A stretch of DNA of 64,000 bases from a virus (IMGVR_UViG_3300014205_000188:40079-104078), one strand, 5' to 3'. Shown: positions 38,847-49,437, counted from the first letter of the stretch. Made by a program: numbers and translations. Notes: generated by a model not told the origin, from the letters alone.

Positions 38847-39977
38847 ATGTCTCAGGATTTTCAGCTTGCTTGGTACTGCCCCCATTTGATCTCGGAGGAA
38901 TACGTTACTCTGGGTTCTGATGGGATGTCCTTGGTGACTGAGCAGCCCATTGCCAACAGCGGGATTGTTCGCATCCTAGTCAATGACGAGTTTTTCATTC
39001 CTCAGTTGGGTTTGTACTCACAAGGGACTCTGCGTTCATCCCTCTCTGGACCTTTTGATCTCATTCCAGGAGAGGACGAGGTCATCCTGACAACCTCCGC
39101 CGGGACACAGAGTTACGTTTTTGGGGTTCGCAAAGTCACAAGGTATTCCGCGGAGCAAGTCGCCCAGATCCTGCGCAAGGCCTCTTTGAATGTGGCTCAT
39201 ATTGAGGCAGACGGTGGGCACTTGACTTTGGTGGACACGGCCTCAGTTGGACCGGACTCTTTTGTGGCCCTTTCTGGCACCGCTGCAGCCTCTCTGGGGT
39301 TCGGGGCAGCGGGAGTCAATGCCCTGCAACGGAGGGCCCGTGGAGCCCTCTTGTTCCCCCCCTGGGACCTTTACACGCCTCCTTCGGAGCCGTCCAAGCG
39401 GTATCCTCGTTTCAGGGAACCTTTGCGTGGTAACCCTGTGTTGAAGGTCTCGTACTCCGTACACAGGACCCGGTGCCTTCGTTGTGGTACCTCCGGTATT
39501 GAGAACGATCTTCGTTTCGACTCCGCTGGTCAGACTCTGATGATCAGGGATGAGAACTTGTTACAGCAGGCGGTGCTCAAGATCCTGCTGACGGACAAGG
39601 GGTCGAACCCGTATCACCTCTGGTACGGTACGGACCTGAAGTCCAGAATTGGTAGCAAAGCCATTAGTGGTGTGGCAGCTCTGATCAGTGAGGATGTTCG
39701 TCGCGCCTTGTCCCGTTATCAGGCTCTGCAACTGGAGCAGGCCAAGTACCAAAGCGTTTCTTTCAAAGAGCGCTTGTATGCGGTAACCGAAGTCAAGGTC
39801 ACGCCCCATGCTCAAGACCCCACCATTTTCATGCTGAGTGTCACGGTGCAGAATGCCTCCTCACAGCCCGTAACCCTTGATGTGGTTTATGCCACCTCAC
39901 AAGTGGTGGCTCTGATGGGATCCAATGGTCTCTCCCTAGGGACGGACGCTCTAGGCATCATCAATAGGAGCGTGTGA
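38847..39977 (+). CDS. gp25/gpW-like baseplate protein with N-terminal extra domains
   Basis: C-terminal LQQAVLKILLTDKGSNPYHLWYGTDL..RIG...VRRAL...ERL..V..VKV..DPT...V.V is the GPW/gp25 pattern. CPH and CLRC motifs upstream. Confidence 0.75.
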   Translation: MSQDFQLAWYCPHLISEEYVTLGSDGMSLVTEQPIANSGIVRILVNDEFFIPQLGLYSQGTLRSSLSGPFDLIPGEDEVILTTSAGTQSYVFGVRKVTRYSAEQVAQILRKASLNVAHIEADGGHLTLVDTASVGPDSFVALSGTAAASLGFGAAGVNALQRRARGALLFPPWDLYTPPSEPSKRYPRFREPLRGNPVLKVSYSVHRTRCLRCGTSGIENDLRFDSAGQTLMIRDENLLQQAVLKILLTDKGSNPYHLWYGTDLKSRIGSKAISGVAALISEDVRRALSRYQALQLEQAKYQSVSFKERLYAVTEVKVTPHAQDPTIFMLSVTVQNASSQPVTLDVVYATSQVVALMGSNGLSLGTDALGIINRSV

Positions 39978-39978
39978 G

Positions 39979-42900
39979 ATGGCTGTTACACCCACATTTT
40001 TGGGGCCCGATGGGTTGTACCGTGACAAGTACATTTTCACCACGGACAGCTCCTATCGGTTTTTTCATGGTCGGATGGATTCGGACACAGCGGACATGCT
40101 GGTCTCTATCCGGGGTGGGGTGTGGACCTCAGACCCCGACTACGTTCTTTTTGACGGTTCCACCTTCACCATTCCGAACCCCAGTGCCTATCCCGAGGGA
40201 TTACAACTCCTTCAAGGTCTGAATCGGATAGACGTGAAGTCGGTTTTGTCTAATGGACTGACAACTGCGGCTGGCACTATTGAGGCAAACCTGGCACTAG
40301 ACCGGGATGTTCGAGCAATTGCCTATCCCCCCTCTGGGGTCTACCTGGAAAGGATGGATCAGACGGTCAAGGTGTTAGTCACCGGCTTGAGTGACCCTAA
40401 CGTAACGGGGTACAACTTCTATGCATCCATCTCTCCTGGTGGTGGCATTTCCGGGTACAAGCGCATCAACCTCCAACCTGTCATCTCCTATGACACAGAA
40501 GAGGCCGTGGTTGCCATTGGGGCCCTGACCGTTGACTCCATTGTTCCCACGGATGGAGATGGCGTGCCCCTTTCCAATCCGGCCCTGTTTCGAGTCTCGG
40601 GACAACAGGTGGACTTGGCGGGGACTGTGTTGCAACTGGACTATGATGAGTCCATGGTGATCCCTGACTTGACCACCAGGTTCAGGACCACGACACAGGT
40701 CGAGGCGGTGGAGACGGTCAAGAAGTTTGTGTTCGTGCATGATCGACTTGCCACCCCCAACAGCATCACCTATCCAGCGGTGCCCTACAGTGAGTTCACA
40801 GCGGTTGCGGACACTGATCCGCTCTACTACGCTGTCACGGCGATTTATCTGATCAATGGTGCGGAGTACGAGTCCTCTTTTTCTCAAGAGGTGTCGGGCT
40901 ACCCTATGATCGTGACCCCCGCCATTACGGACCTTCCCTCTGTTTCCAGACAGCAGATTGTCAAGGACACCACGCTCACAATTTTCAGATCTCATCCTGA
41001 AGTAGAGGTGAAAGAGGGTTCCTACTTGAGGGACACCTTCATTGACCCTTTTTCGACCGAGGCTGAGAGGATTCGTTTTGTTCTTGGCTTTCTACAGGCC
41101 GCTCAGAGTTTCACCACGTTGCTGGCCATTGACGACCCAACCCATTCTGGTGTCAGTGTGCCCGTCACACAGAGTCCCTACAAGATGGCTCTCATGCAGG
41201 CTTTTTTCCTGCAGGACACCACCTCAGTCCAGAACCTGATTGACAACACTTTTGACCAGTTGGCGGCCCGACGTGGCATTGTGCGCGAAACGGGCAAGAG
41301 GTCTCGAGGTGAGGTCCTTTTCTACGTCACCAGAAAGCCTACCTCTACGATCTATCTGCCCATTGGAACAAAGGTGTCAGCGGGTTCTGCTAACTTCAGA
41401 ACCACCTCGGCGGCAAGGATCACAACAGCAGGAGCTGGGTCTACGTATAACCCAGCCACGGGCAGGTGGTCAGCAAGCGCCTATGTGCAAGCCCTAGACA
41501 CGGGCACGGCTGGCAATGTCATCCGAGATCAAATCCGAACGGTGACAGGAGGGCCCTCAGGAGTTCAGGTCACCAACTATGATCGGACGTTCGGGGGCCG
41601 GGACGTGGAGTCCAACTATGAGTTGGCAGTTCGGGCCGACGGCATGTTGTCCTCCGTGGACTCTGGTACCTATCGTGGTTACGTGCAAAAAGCCCAAGGG
41701 GTCCCCCAGGTACAACAGGTGAACGTTGTGGAGGGTGGTCATCAACTGATGATGCGTGACCTGGACTCCGCCGGAAATCACTGGGGAGGAAAAGTAGACA
41801 TCTGGGTGAAGGGTGGAAGTCAAGCCACCGTTCGAGATCTTTTCGCTTTCTCTTTTGACATCGTGGTTGCGGGTCAGTTCGAGCCTATCGGGGAGATTGG
41901 GAATCTTCGCTTCAGGGCTTTGGATTCTCGTTTGTCGGATCTCAATCCCATCATTGAGATGTTGGACATCCCATCTTGGGGCTATGAGTTTCGGGCCATC
42001 AACCCTCACAACGGCTCTGTACGGACTCTGAACCTCACGGGGGCCACGCTCATTCGACCCGACGGGCTGCAGTTGTCAGCCACGTACAACGATCCCACCC
42101 TGATTCATCTCACAGACATCTTCACGGGGTCTTTCCGTTTCCGCACCAGTAACAAGCAGGTGCTAAGCCGACAGCCAGCCAGTGAGATTCTTTCTTTGAC
42201 TCGTGTGTTGGACACCGGGTCCCAGATTCTGGTTGGGACAGCCGCTTACAGCTTGTTTCATCCCCATGACCCTTTGACGTTGGGTCGTTCCACTGCTGCA
42301 GGTGACTATCTGCAGGTGATCACTCCCATCGATGGAACCACCGTCGAAAACATTCCTTCTGGGGTTCCTTTGGTGGTCACGGGGGAGGAGCATGTCCTCC
42401 TCAAGGGGCCCGAGTATCTCAACAACCTGGGCGTCAACAAGTACACTGTTCGGGTTTACAATTTTGATCGGTCCGTCGAGTACGTTGGGCCTTTCCATCC
42501 TAATACCAGTAAGGACTTCAGCTTTTTGGACGAGAGTGGTGAGACACCACTGGCTGTAGTAATGGTCACGGGAGGACTCCTGACGGAGGGGTTGAAGGTG
42601 CTGGTGGACTACCAGCACGATGAGAACTACGTCGTGGAGTACACCACCAATGCGGTGGTGCAAGCGGTCCAAAACAAGGTGGAGGAGACCCGACACTGCA
42701 CAGCAGATGTTTTGGTCAAGAGCGCACATCCGGTGGGTGTCAACATCTCGGCTACCATTGTGCTCCTGAAAAATCACACGGCGGCACAGGTCGACGGGAT
42801 GGTGCGCACGAGCTTAGGTAAGGTTTTTGGATCCCTAACCCTGGGACAACCCTTGCGTCAAAGTGACGTCATTCAGGCGATTGAAACTGTGACTGGGGTG

Positions 42901-43449
42901 TCCTATTGCATTGTCCCACTTTCCAAGTTGGCACTAAAAGACGGGTCCCCCGTGATCAGAGAGCCCTTGGTGACAACGCAACAGGGAACGGACTGGGTTC
43001 CGCTCCCTCTCTCCGGTTGGGATACAGACGGTGTCAAGACGTACCTGATCACAGGCCCCCTCTACTGTGTGACAGCAGACGGCGGTGGGGCCGTGAATGA
43101 GTTCCGGGGTGTCACTTTCAATGACATGCCCATGACTTTGTCTCCCGCCGTTCCACAGTTTGACGGCAGTCCCTTGAAGGGCTTAGCTTATGGGGCTTGC
43201 ATCGTGGGTGGAGCCGGTATGAGCATTCCCGGTTATCCTACTTTGGCAACTGCGAACAGGGTACTGGTTTCGTTGCCCGAGGGTGTCACGCCATCTAGCA
43301 GTGCCTTGACAGTGACCTACATTGCGGACGGGGACACGGGGACAAAAAACATTGAGCCAGGTCCTACCGAGTATCTGGTGCTAGGGGACATGGATTTCAC
43401 CTTTGATGAGGACCGAGACTACTCGGCTCTTGTCACAGGCCGCCGTTGA
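39979..43449 (+). CDS. Baseplate J-like (T4 gp6-like) wedge protein with N-terminal Ig/FN3-like extension
   Basis: DQLAARRGIVR..G.RSRGEV.F, P.GTKV, FRTT, VQALDTGTAGNV, VTN....GGRDVESN.EL, GKVDIWV and LGQPLRQSDVI..IE.V.GV are Baseplate_J motifs. Confidence 0.8.
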   Translation: MAVTPTFLGPDGLYRDKYIFTTDSSYRFFHGRMDSDTADMLVSIRGGVWTSDPDYVLFDGSTFTIPNPSAYPEGLQLLQGLNRIDVKSVLSNGLTTAAGTIEANLALDRDVRAIAYPPSGVYLERMDQTVKVLVTGLSDPNVTGYNFYASISPGGGISGYKRINLQPVISYDTEEAVVAIGALTVDSIVPTDGDGVPLSNPALFRVSGQQVDLAGTVLQLDYDESMVIPDLTTRFRTTTQVEAVETVKKFVFVHDRLATPNSITYPAVPYSEFTAVADTDPLYYAVTAIYLINGAEYESSFSQEVSGYPMIVTPAITDLPSVSRQQIVKDTTLTIFRSHPEVEVKEGSYLRDTFIDPFSTEAERIRFVLGFLQAAQSFTTLLAIDDPTHSGVSVPVTQSPYKMALMQAFFLQDTTSVQNLIDNTFDQLAARRGIVRETGKRSRGEVLFYVTRKPTSTIYLPIGTKVSAGSANFRTTSAARITTAGAGSTYNPATGRWSASAYVQALDTGTAGNVIRDQIRTVTGGPSGVQVTNYDRTFGGRDVESNYELAVRADGMLSSVDSGTYRGYVQKAQGVPQVQQVNVVEGGHQLMMRDLDSAGNHWGGKVDIWVKGGSQATVRDLFAFSFDIVVAGQFEPIGEIGNLRFRALDSRLSDLNPIIEMLDIPSWGYEFRAINPHNGSVRTLNLTGATLIRPDGLQLSATYNDPTLIHLTDIFTGSFRFRTSNKQVLSRQPASEILSLTRVLDTGSQILVGTAAYSLFHPHDPLTLGRSTAAGDYLQVITPIDGTTVENIPSGVPLVVTGEEHVLLKGPEYLNNLGVNKYTVRVYNFDRSVEYVGPFHPNTSKDFSFLDESGETPLAVVMVTGGLLTEGLKVLVDYQHDENYVVEYTTNAVVQAVQNKVEETRHCTADVLVKSAHPVGVNISATIVLLKNHTAAQVDGMVRTSLGKVFGSLTLGQPLRQSDVIQAIETVTGVSYCIVPLSKLALKDGSPVIREPLVTTQQGTDWVPLPLSGWDTDGVKTYLITGPLYCVTADGGGAVNEFRGVTFNDMPMTLSPAVPQFDGSPLKGLAYGACIVGGAGMSIPGYPTLATANRVLVSLPEGVTPSSSALTVTYIADGDTGTKNIEPGPTEYLVLGDMDFTFDEDRDYSALVTGRR

Positions 43450-43460
43450 TAGGTGGACCG

Positions 43461-46400
43461 ATGACGGACCCGAAGAGCAAAAATCTCCTTCCCGGCATGT
43501 TGTCTCAAAACCCCTCCCCTTGGGAGGGGGACAGCCAAGATCGCAAGAGGAAACGGACCGAACAGGTAGAACGAGTTCTCACTGTTTTCAAGCAGTTGGT
43601 TCCCAGCACCTATTCCAGTCAGGTCCAGGGTCCCTTCTACATGACCCAGTTCCAGGCGGTAGCTGAGAGACTTGCCGACTTCCAGATCTCGGCTCAAGAG
43701 ATTTTTGCCGACTCCATGTACGACTTCACCCGTCCTGAGGTGCTCTATCAGATCCTCGGTGACTTGGTTTTCCCTGAGGCTCGGACCCAGGGTTATCCAG
43801 AGGTGCAGGGGGACATCAGTTACCGTACTTTTTTGCGCAGCATGGTTTCGTTACTCCTTCGAGGTTCTACTGCAGCGGTGCAGAAAGAGGGCATTGAACT
43901 GCTCACTGAAGCTACCGTGGAGATCATCGAAAAAGGGTTAGAGGCCCGAAAACTGCTGCAGTTGGACGAGTATGGCAATCTCAAGACCACCTCAGCTTGG
44001 GGACCTGAGGATGCATTTACCTTTGAGATCAATATCTCAAAGGTAGTGGGTGAAGTTGAGGTCAATGGGGTGATGGTCCCCTTGTACGGTTTCCCTTTGG
44101 AACCCCTCACGTTGCAGAGAAACGTGTACTTAGTACTGAGGGCGCTGAAACCGGCCCATGCCCTGTACGACTACAGGCACTTGTTTCAGGATGCCTTTGG
44201 GGATCTGTTCACTGAAAGAACCAGTTGGGAGCTGGACAGCTATTACTACCAAGATTTCCGACGGTATTGGTTGGGAGCAGCTCGCATCGCGGGAGTTTCG
44301 GGTGTGACCCGCTCTGATCGATCCCTTTTCAGTGACCCAACCAGAGATTTCACTCCTGTTAGACCAGGGTCCTGGTTGACAATCCTGTCCGGGCCTAACT
44401 CCATTCATGCAGGAGGGTTGGAAGGAACCATTGCCTCCTCTGACATGTCTCATGTCGGGCGTTACCGTGTGACCGAGGTGTTGGCTTTTGAGCAGGACGA
44501 CTCTGTTGTTCGGGCCTACCTCACATCACCCACGGGTCTGACAGGCTACGCTAGTGTGCTTGGAGACGTGGTGACGGATACGTCCCAAGTCTTGTGGCAC
44601 ACCGTTCAGGAGGGTGAAGTGCTCACTTTCTTGAACGGGCCAAATGCTGGTGACTATCGAATCAATTTCCTCTTGGGTCCAGACGGTGGGCCCGCAGGTG
44701 TCTCGGGACTTGGACCCGATGTTACGGGGGCACAGGTGTCTCCAGGTATTCTGCGTGTTCAACGCAGAATGGGTCAGACGGTCGCGAGTCAGCAGTACGA
44801 GGTGCAACTGGATCGTCTTGGTGACGCCATTCCACATCCGGTGGTTCAAGAAGATGTCTCGGTGCAGTTCTCGGGTTGGAGCGGTGGCACTAGGGATTGG
44901 CTGCTAACCTCCCGGGGACCACTGACCAAAACATGGGGGTCTATGACCCCGGCAACGAAGCAAGATGTCGTGGTCTGGGTGAACGGGGTGTCTGTTGACA
45001 TTCTGGAAGTGGATCCCTACCTAGGCAAAGTCACGCTGGTGAATCCCATAGCCCTCTTGCCTTTGGGTGACCCCCTCGGAAATGTCCTGGTGGACTACAA
45101 CTGGTTTCCTAATCCCATTTTTCCAATGGGCAACTTGAACACCGAGGGCTCTGTACTCAATCAATGGGATCAAGTAGGAGACGAAGCCGACGTTGTTTGG
45201 CATGGGGAGCAGATCCAAGATAGCACGCATCCGAAGGGAGCCGTTTCCACCTCCCGTTTCCCGATGAGCTTGGTGCTGGGTCCTGTTGACTATCCTGAGC
45301 CAATGTGGATCAGCCATCGTTATCAGGGGTACGAGAAGGCGTATTCGGCGCTCCTCAACAGCCCCACTACGCTGTTGCTGAATCAAAACCCTTATGTCTC
45401 TCAAGTTCCTGCCTTTGAAGTTCCCACCAACGGGAAGACCCGATCCTTTGAGGGAACCCAAAGCCCCTTGTTGGAGGACTGGTTCCTAACGGGTACGGAT
45501 GAGGGGCAGGCCAATGGGGATGGAACCTACACCGTGGTGGATGGGACCGTCGGCCCCTACAATCCTATGTCCCCTCCTCTGGCTATGTACTGGGAGCCCC
45601 TAGACCTGACTTTTCCGTCCTCCATCTTCATGGTTGGACGCCTTAGGATTTCCAGCATACAAAAGCATGGTGTGTTTACGGGTGTTGGGATGGGACTGCA
45701 TGACAACAGTCACCTCTACCTGGCGGGGGCTCTTCTGGTTGACGACCCCGCTGGATTGCAAGCCCCAATGATGCACCTAGGGTTGTTGCAGGACCCTACT
45801 CAGATGTCCTTGTTGGAGAGTTGGCATGTTGGACCCTTGGCAGCAGCCTCTTTGGAATCCACATCCTCGCTCACTGCAGCATCCTCCTCTGTTCCTTTGG
45901 GTTTTGTTGCAGGCTCCCGTTTCCAGATTGTAAGTGGCACACAGGCTGGTTTCTACACCGCTGTTGACGTGGTACGGCACAGCACGGGGGTCACTGAAGT
46001 TACGGTGTCCCCTGCCTTCCCCGAAGATCCCCAGCTTTGGGGCAACAAGTATTTTGACATCCTTTTTGAGGTGGATTGGGTGTCCAGTCAGTCTACCCTG
46101 AGGTTGGTGGTCAATCCGGGAACCAGGGTGGCCACCCTATTCGTTTCTGGTCAGATCTCAGGTGTCATAGCAGATCTGGATGGTTCCCACCCCATGCCCG
46201 AGCCTGCTCAAACGTCACTCCTGCTGAGCACGGAGTTTGGTGGCCAACTCTTTTGGGGCGCACTGGACTCCTATGCCACCTCAGCCTCGAGTTGGTCTTT
46301 TCTCCGTTATGGGGTCATCCCAGATCAAACGATCCTTCGTGGTTACGCTCAGGTTGTGAACACCGAGATGACGGTGTTGCCCGAGGATGAGACCCCCGGG

Positions 46401-48725
46401 TGGTTCTCTCCCGAGTTTTTCGGGCACTCCAAACTGAACCCACCCTCCTCGTTGCTTTTGAAAAGCACCTCAGCTAGCACCAGTCAACAGCAGACCTTTG
46501 GCTACAAGAGGATAGAACCATTTCTGGGTCAAGAATCTCACGTTGATCTGCGAGCCTCTTTCCAGGTTGACACAGGTGTCCTTGGTGCTGGGGACGCCAC
46601 ACTGGAGATTCAGGACGGACAGAGAGTGGCTCGACTGGCAACCCTGCTCTATTTTGAGGGGGGGACACCATGGCGTCAGCTTGTCTCCATGCCTCTGACA
46701 AGCTACGCGGGGTACATGGCACCGGACCCCTTGGTTTGGGAGTTCTTAGACCCTGTGGGCTCGACTTCAACATGGTGGTCCGACGGACCAGACCTCAATC
46801 TCACGGTGCCAGCTGGGCAAGCAGCCCGGTTCCTGGGGACCGTGGACACGTCGAGCATGCCTTGTGGGGATTCCGGTTGGAGGATGGCAGAGGCGCAGAT
46901 GTCCTCTACCTCAGAGGGTTACTTTTTGACTCTCTCCTCTGATTCCGGGCACACGATGCACCTGTACCTCAGGGGTGGGGTGACTCCTGGTGTGAGCCTT
47001 GTTGACGACAGTCTGGTGATCGTACAGGATTACAACTTTGACTGGACGGACGGGGGGCTACACACTTACCGCTTGGTTCTGTCTAACGGAGTGGTTTCAG
47101 TTCTGTGTGACGATGTCCTTCAGGCTCCTGCTGTAGGAGACGCCTCCTTTGCTTCCGGTGGGTCGAACACGGTCATTTTTGGGTCCATGGCTCTTGCTCC
47201 CACAGCGACAACCTGGAGATCCGTTTCCTACTCGGTCTTGCCTCCGGCAAATGTCAAGAGAACCTTGGGGATTTGGTTGGGAGGTGACTCCGACGATATT
47301 GATCAGTGGCAGATACCACGTTCTGACGCGACCACGGAACCCAACTCTTATCAGGTTGGCCCCGTTGTAGAGGAGATGGACTGGAGAAATACGATTGAGG
47401 TGGACTTGTTGAAGACAGTGGGGTGGGGTGTCACCTTGATCCGTCCTGATCTGCCCCCTCCTCCTTATTACAACCCAGAGACCCCGGGTTTTCCCGAGAC
47501 AGGATTTGCCACCCCAATTGCGGTGCCCTCTGCGGGTTGGATCAATGTCGAGGATGCTCTTCTACCCCGCTGGACAAGTTCCTTTGGGTCCATTGCTTTT
47601 GGAGCCCTGGACTCTCGGTCGGTGACACAACAGAAATGGGAGTACGTGCGATACAAGGTGTTCAAGACGGACACCGAGGAACACGCCTCACCCGAGCACA
47701 TGGTGCTCAACCAGTACAACGTAATCTCTAGTGGTGAACTGCTTCTAGACACGTCACTGGAGACAGTGACGGTTCCGGTTGTGAACACATCCAGTTTGGA
47801 TTTGAATGCTGGTCATGTGAGTGCCAGAACAATCTATCGGGTCAACGACGGGGTGCGAGACTTTTACAGCTCCTCCTGGAGTTTCAACCTTGAGACTCAG
47901 GTCCTGTCCTTAACCGGCGGTTTGACCTTCGCAGGGTCTTACGTGACCGTTGTATTCAGTCCCGGGCTACCCGTTACCAGCACCTATTTGATGTCACAAC
48001 CCGTTGAGGATGGCATGACGATCCTCAATGAGCGGACGCCACCTATCCCAATGGGTCAATGTGGGGAGGACCTGTGGGTTGAATCCTCGGGTAGCTTGAA
48101 CCCTCCGTATCTGGTGTCCTCCTTTGAGAAAGACCCCGAGGCTCTGTATGAGCAGATGTCTTTCATGACAGTTGACAATGGGGGTCAGTCGGGAATTATT
48201 TTCTCCATCCAAGAGGGCGTGGTCCCAGATGTTTCTGGTTTTGACAGCACGCTAGGGGAGGACATCTATGCACATGATGGGATTGGAGCCCCCCTGCTCG
48301 GAACGGGAAACTCTGCCAACTTGTTAGCCTCGGGGTCGAAAGTTGGAGTTGGCTTTGGGGCCCATGTCCTAGGTTTTTCGGGCACATCCTATACCGAATC
48401 TGCTCGTGGCTTGAGTGACGGGGTACCTTCACAAGGTGGGGGACTTCCCGGCAAAATTCTGTTTGCATCAGGGGGGTCTTTTTATGGGTTAGCCGTTGAC
48501 AACATGGGTCATATCACTACTCAACGTTTTCCTTTGGGTGGGCTGTTGAATGAGGTGGTTCTTTACCCCTGTGCGGCTCTGTCTCGTGGTTGCCCCCGCC
48601 GTACCGATTGGGTTTTGCGGGTCTGGTCTTTGAGTGTGGGGGGCTTGGACACTCCCTTGGTGGAAACGATGCCAGCGCTGACAGAGACCCTGACCGAGTT
48701 TAGCATGCTGGTGCCCCCCAGCTAG
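43461..48725 (+). CDS. gpI/gp7-like wedge protein fused to a large multi-domain extension (ConA/LamG-like segments)
   Basis: YRTFL..MV.LLLRGST and LRALKPAH near the N-terminus. Later FDWTDGGLHTYRLVLSNGVVSVLCDD. ATG 43461 has AGGTGG upstream. Confidence 0.65.
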   Translation: MTDPKSKNLLPGMLSQNPSPWEGDSQDRKRKRTEQVERVLTVFKQLVPSTYSSQVQGPFYMTQFQAVAERLADFQISAQEIFADSMYDFTRPEVLYQILGDLVFPEARTQGYPEVQGDISYRTFLRSMVSLLLRGSTAAVQKEGIELLTEATVEIIEKGLEARKLLQLDEYGNLKTTSAWGPEDAFTFEINISKVVGEVEVNGVMVPLYGFPLEPLTLQRNVYLVLRALKPAHALYDYRHLFQDAFGDLFTERTSWELDSYYYQDFRRYWLGAARIAGVSGVTRSDRSLFSDPTRDFTPVRPGSWLTILSGPNSIHAGGLEGTIASSDMSHVGRYRVTEVLAFEQDDSVVRAYLTSPTGLTGYASVLGDVVTDTSQVLWHTVQEGEVLTFLNGPNAGDYRINFLLGPDGGPAGVSGLGPDVTGAQVSPGILRVQRRMGQTVASQQYEVQLDRLGDAIPHPVVQEDVSVQFSGWSGGTRDWLLTSRGPLTKTWGSMTPATKQDVVVWVNGVSVDILEVDPYLGKVTLVNPIALLPLGDPLGNVLVDYNWFPNPIFPMGNLNTEGSVLNQWDQVGDEADVVWHGEQIQDSTHPKGAVSTSRFPMSLVLGPVDYPEPMWISHRYQGYEKAYSALLNSPTTLLLNQNPYVSQVPAFEVPTNGKTRSFEGTQSPLLEDWFLTGTDEGQANGDGTYTVVDGTVGPYNPMSPPLAMYWEPLDLTFPSSIFMVGRLRISSIQKHGVFTGVGMGLHDNSHLYLAGALLVDDPAGLQAPMMHLGLLQDPTQMSLLESWHVGPLAAASLESTSSLTAASSSVPLGFVAGSRFQIVSGTQAGFYTAVDVVRHSTGVTEVTVSPAFPEDPQLWGNKYFDILFEVDWVSSQSTLRLVVNPGTRVATLFVSGQISGVIADLDGSHPMPEPAQTSLLLSTEFGGQLFWGALDSYATSASSWSFLRYGVIPDQTILRGYAQVVNTEMTVLPEDETPGWFSPEFFGHSKLNPPSSLLLKSTSASTSQQQTFGYKRIEPFLGQESHVDLRASFQVDTGVLGAGDATLEIQDGQRVARLATLLYFEGGTPWRQLVSMPLTSYAGYMAPDPLVWEFLDPVGSTSTWWSDGPDLNLTVPAGQAARFLGTVDTSSMPCGDSGWRMAEAQMSSTSEGYFLTLSSDSGHTMHLYLRGGVTPGVSLVDDSLVIVQDYNFDWTDGGLHTYRLVLSNGVVSVLCDDVLQAPAVGDASFASGGSNTVIFGSMALAPTATTWRSVSYSVLPPANVKRTLGIWLGGDSDDIDQWQIPRSDATTEPNSYQVGPVVEEMDWRNTIEVDLLKTVGWGVTLIRPDLPPPPYYNPETPGFPETGFATPIAVPSAGWINVEDALLPRWTSSFGSIAFGALDSRSVTQQKWEYVRYKVFKTDTEEHASPEHMVLNQYNVISSGELLLDTSLETVTVPVVNTSSLDLNAGHVSARTIYRVNDGVRDFYSSSWSFNLETQVLSLTGGLTFAGSYVTVVFSPGLPVTSTYLMSQPVEDGMTILNERTPPIPMGQCGEDLWVESSGSLNPPYLVSSFEKDPEALYEQMSFMTVDNGGQSGIIFSIQEGVVPDVSGFDSTLGEDIYAHDGIGAPLLGTGNSANLLASGSKVGVGFGAHVLGFSGTSYTESARGLSDGVPSQGGGLPGKILFASGGSFYGLAVDNMGHITTQRFPLGGLLNEVVLYPCAALSRGCPRRTDWVLRVWSLSVGGLDTPLVETMPALTETLTEFSMLVPPS

Positions 48726-48743
48726 TGGTAGAGTGTCCCTTGG

Positions 48744-48760
48744 CGGTAGAGCGTTTATCA
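48744..48760 (+). promoter_or_regulatory. Candidate late promoter motif CGGT-N8-TATCA
   Basis: CGGT agagcgtt TATCA in the gap before 48784. Confidence 0.55.
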
Positions 48761-48783
48761 GAGGACCTGGGAGGGTGGCTTAA

Positions 48784-49437
48784 ATGGCATTGCACCGAGA
48801 CAAGACAAAAACCGTTCGCCAGGGGTTCAAGATGAGCTGCAACCTAGGGGTGTATCAGGAGGAGCCGACCGCAAGGATGAAGGGTAAGTTCCTTTTTGAG
48901 ATGCGAGACGCAAAGTCAGGAACCCTGCTCGAGTACTGGGAGAAGGAGAACATCATCACTCTCGATGCCGGGATTTTGATGGCGAGACTTCTCAAGGACA
49001 GCACCAACCCCAACCCAGGAGCCCACAATGGAATCCTGATGTTGGCTGTGGGTACGGGTGCCACGGGAAACCTTTTGAGCCCCGATGCTCCGCAAGCGGG
49101 GCAACGCCGTTTGAATGCCGAGATTGCTCGAAAGGCTTTTGTCTCCACCCAGTTCCGTAACCAGAGTGGTGTGGCGGTGGCTTATCCCACGAACGTGGTT
49201 GATTACACCACTACGTTCGGAGAGTCAGAGGCTGTGGGACCTCTCAATGAGATGTCTCTTTTGAGCCCCGCCTCGACCAATCCCTTGGTAACCAATCCGA
49301 TTATGAATGGTCCCTCAGACTACGACCCCACGCTTGACGTGACTGGCTTTGATCTGGGAGTCAATTATCTGACTTTCAGTGTGGTGTCAAAACCCGCTAC
49401 CGCTATTCTGACGGTCACTTGGCGTCTCACCCACTGA
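48784..49437 (+). CDS. Tail fibre attachment / collar-like protein
   Basis: NIIT..AG..MARLL, LAVGTG, L.AEIARK, TTTFGESEA.GPLNEMSL and K.....LTVTWRL resemble stand-alone fibre N-terminal (baseplate-binding) domains. Confidence 0.55.
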   Translation: MALHRDKTKTVRQGFKMSCNLGVYQEEPTARMKGKFLFEMRDAKSGTLLEYWEKENIITLDAGILMARLLKDSTNPNPGAHNGILMLAVGTGATGNLLSPDAPQAGQRRLNAEIARKAFVSTQFRNQSGVAVAYPTNVVDYTTTFGESEAVGPLNEMSLLSPASTNPLVTNPIMNGPSDYDPTLDVTGFDLGVNYLTFSVVSKPATAILTVTWRLTH

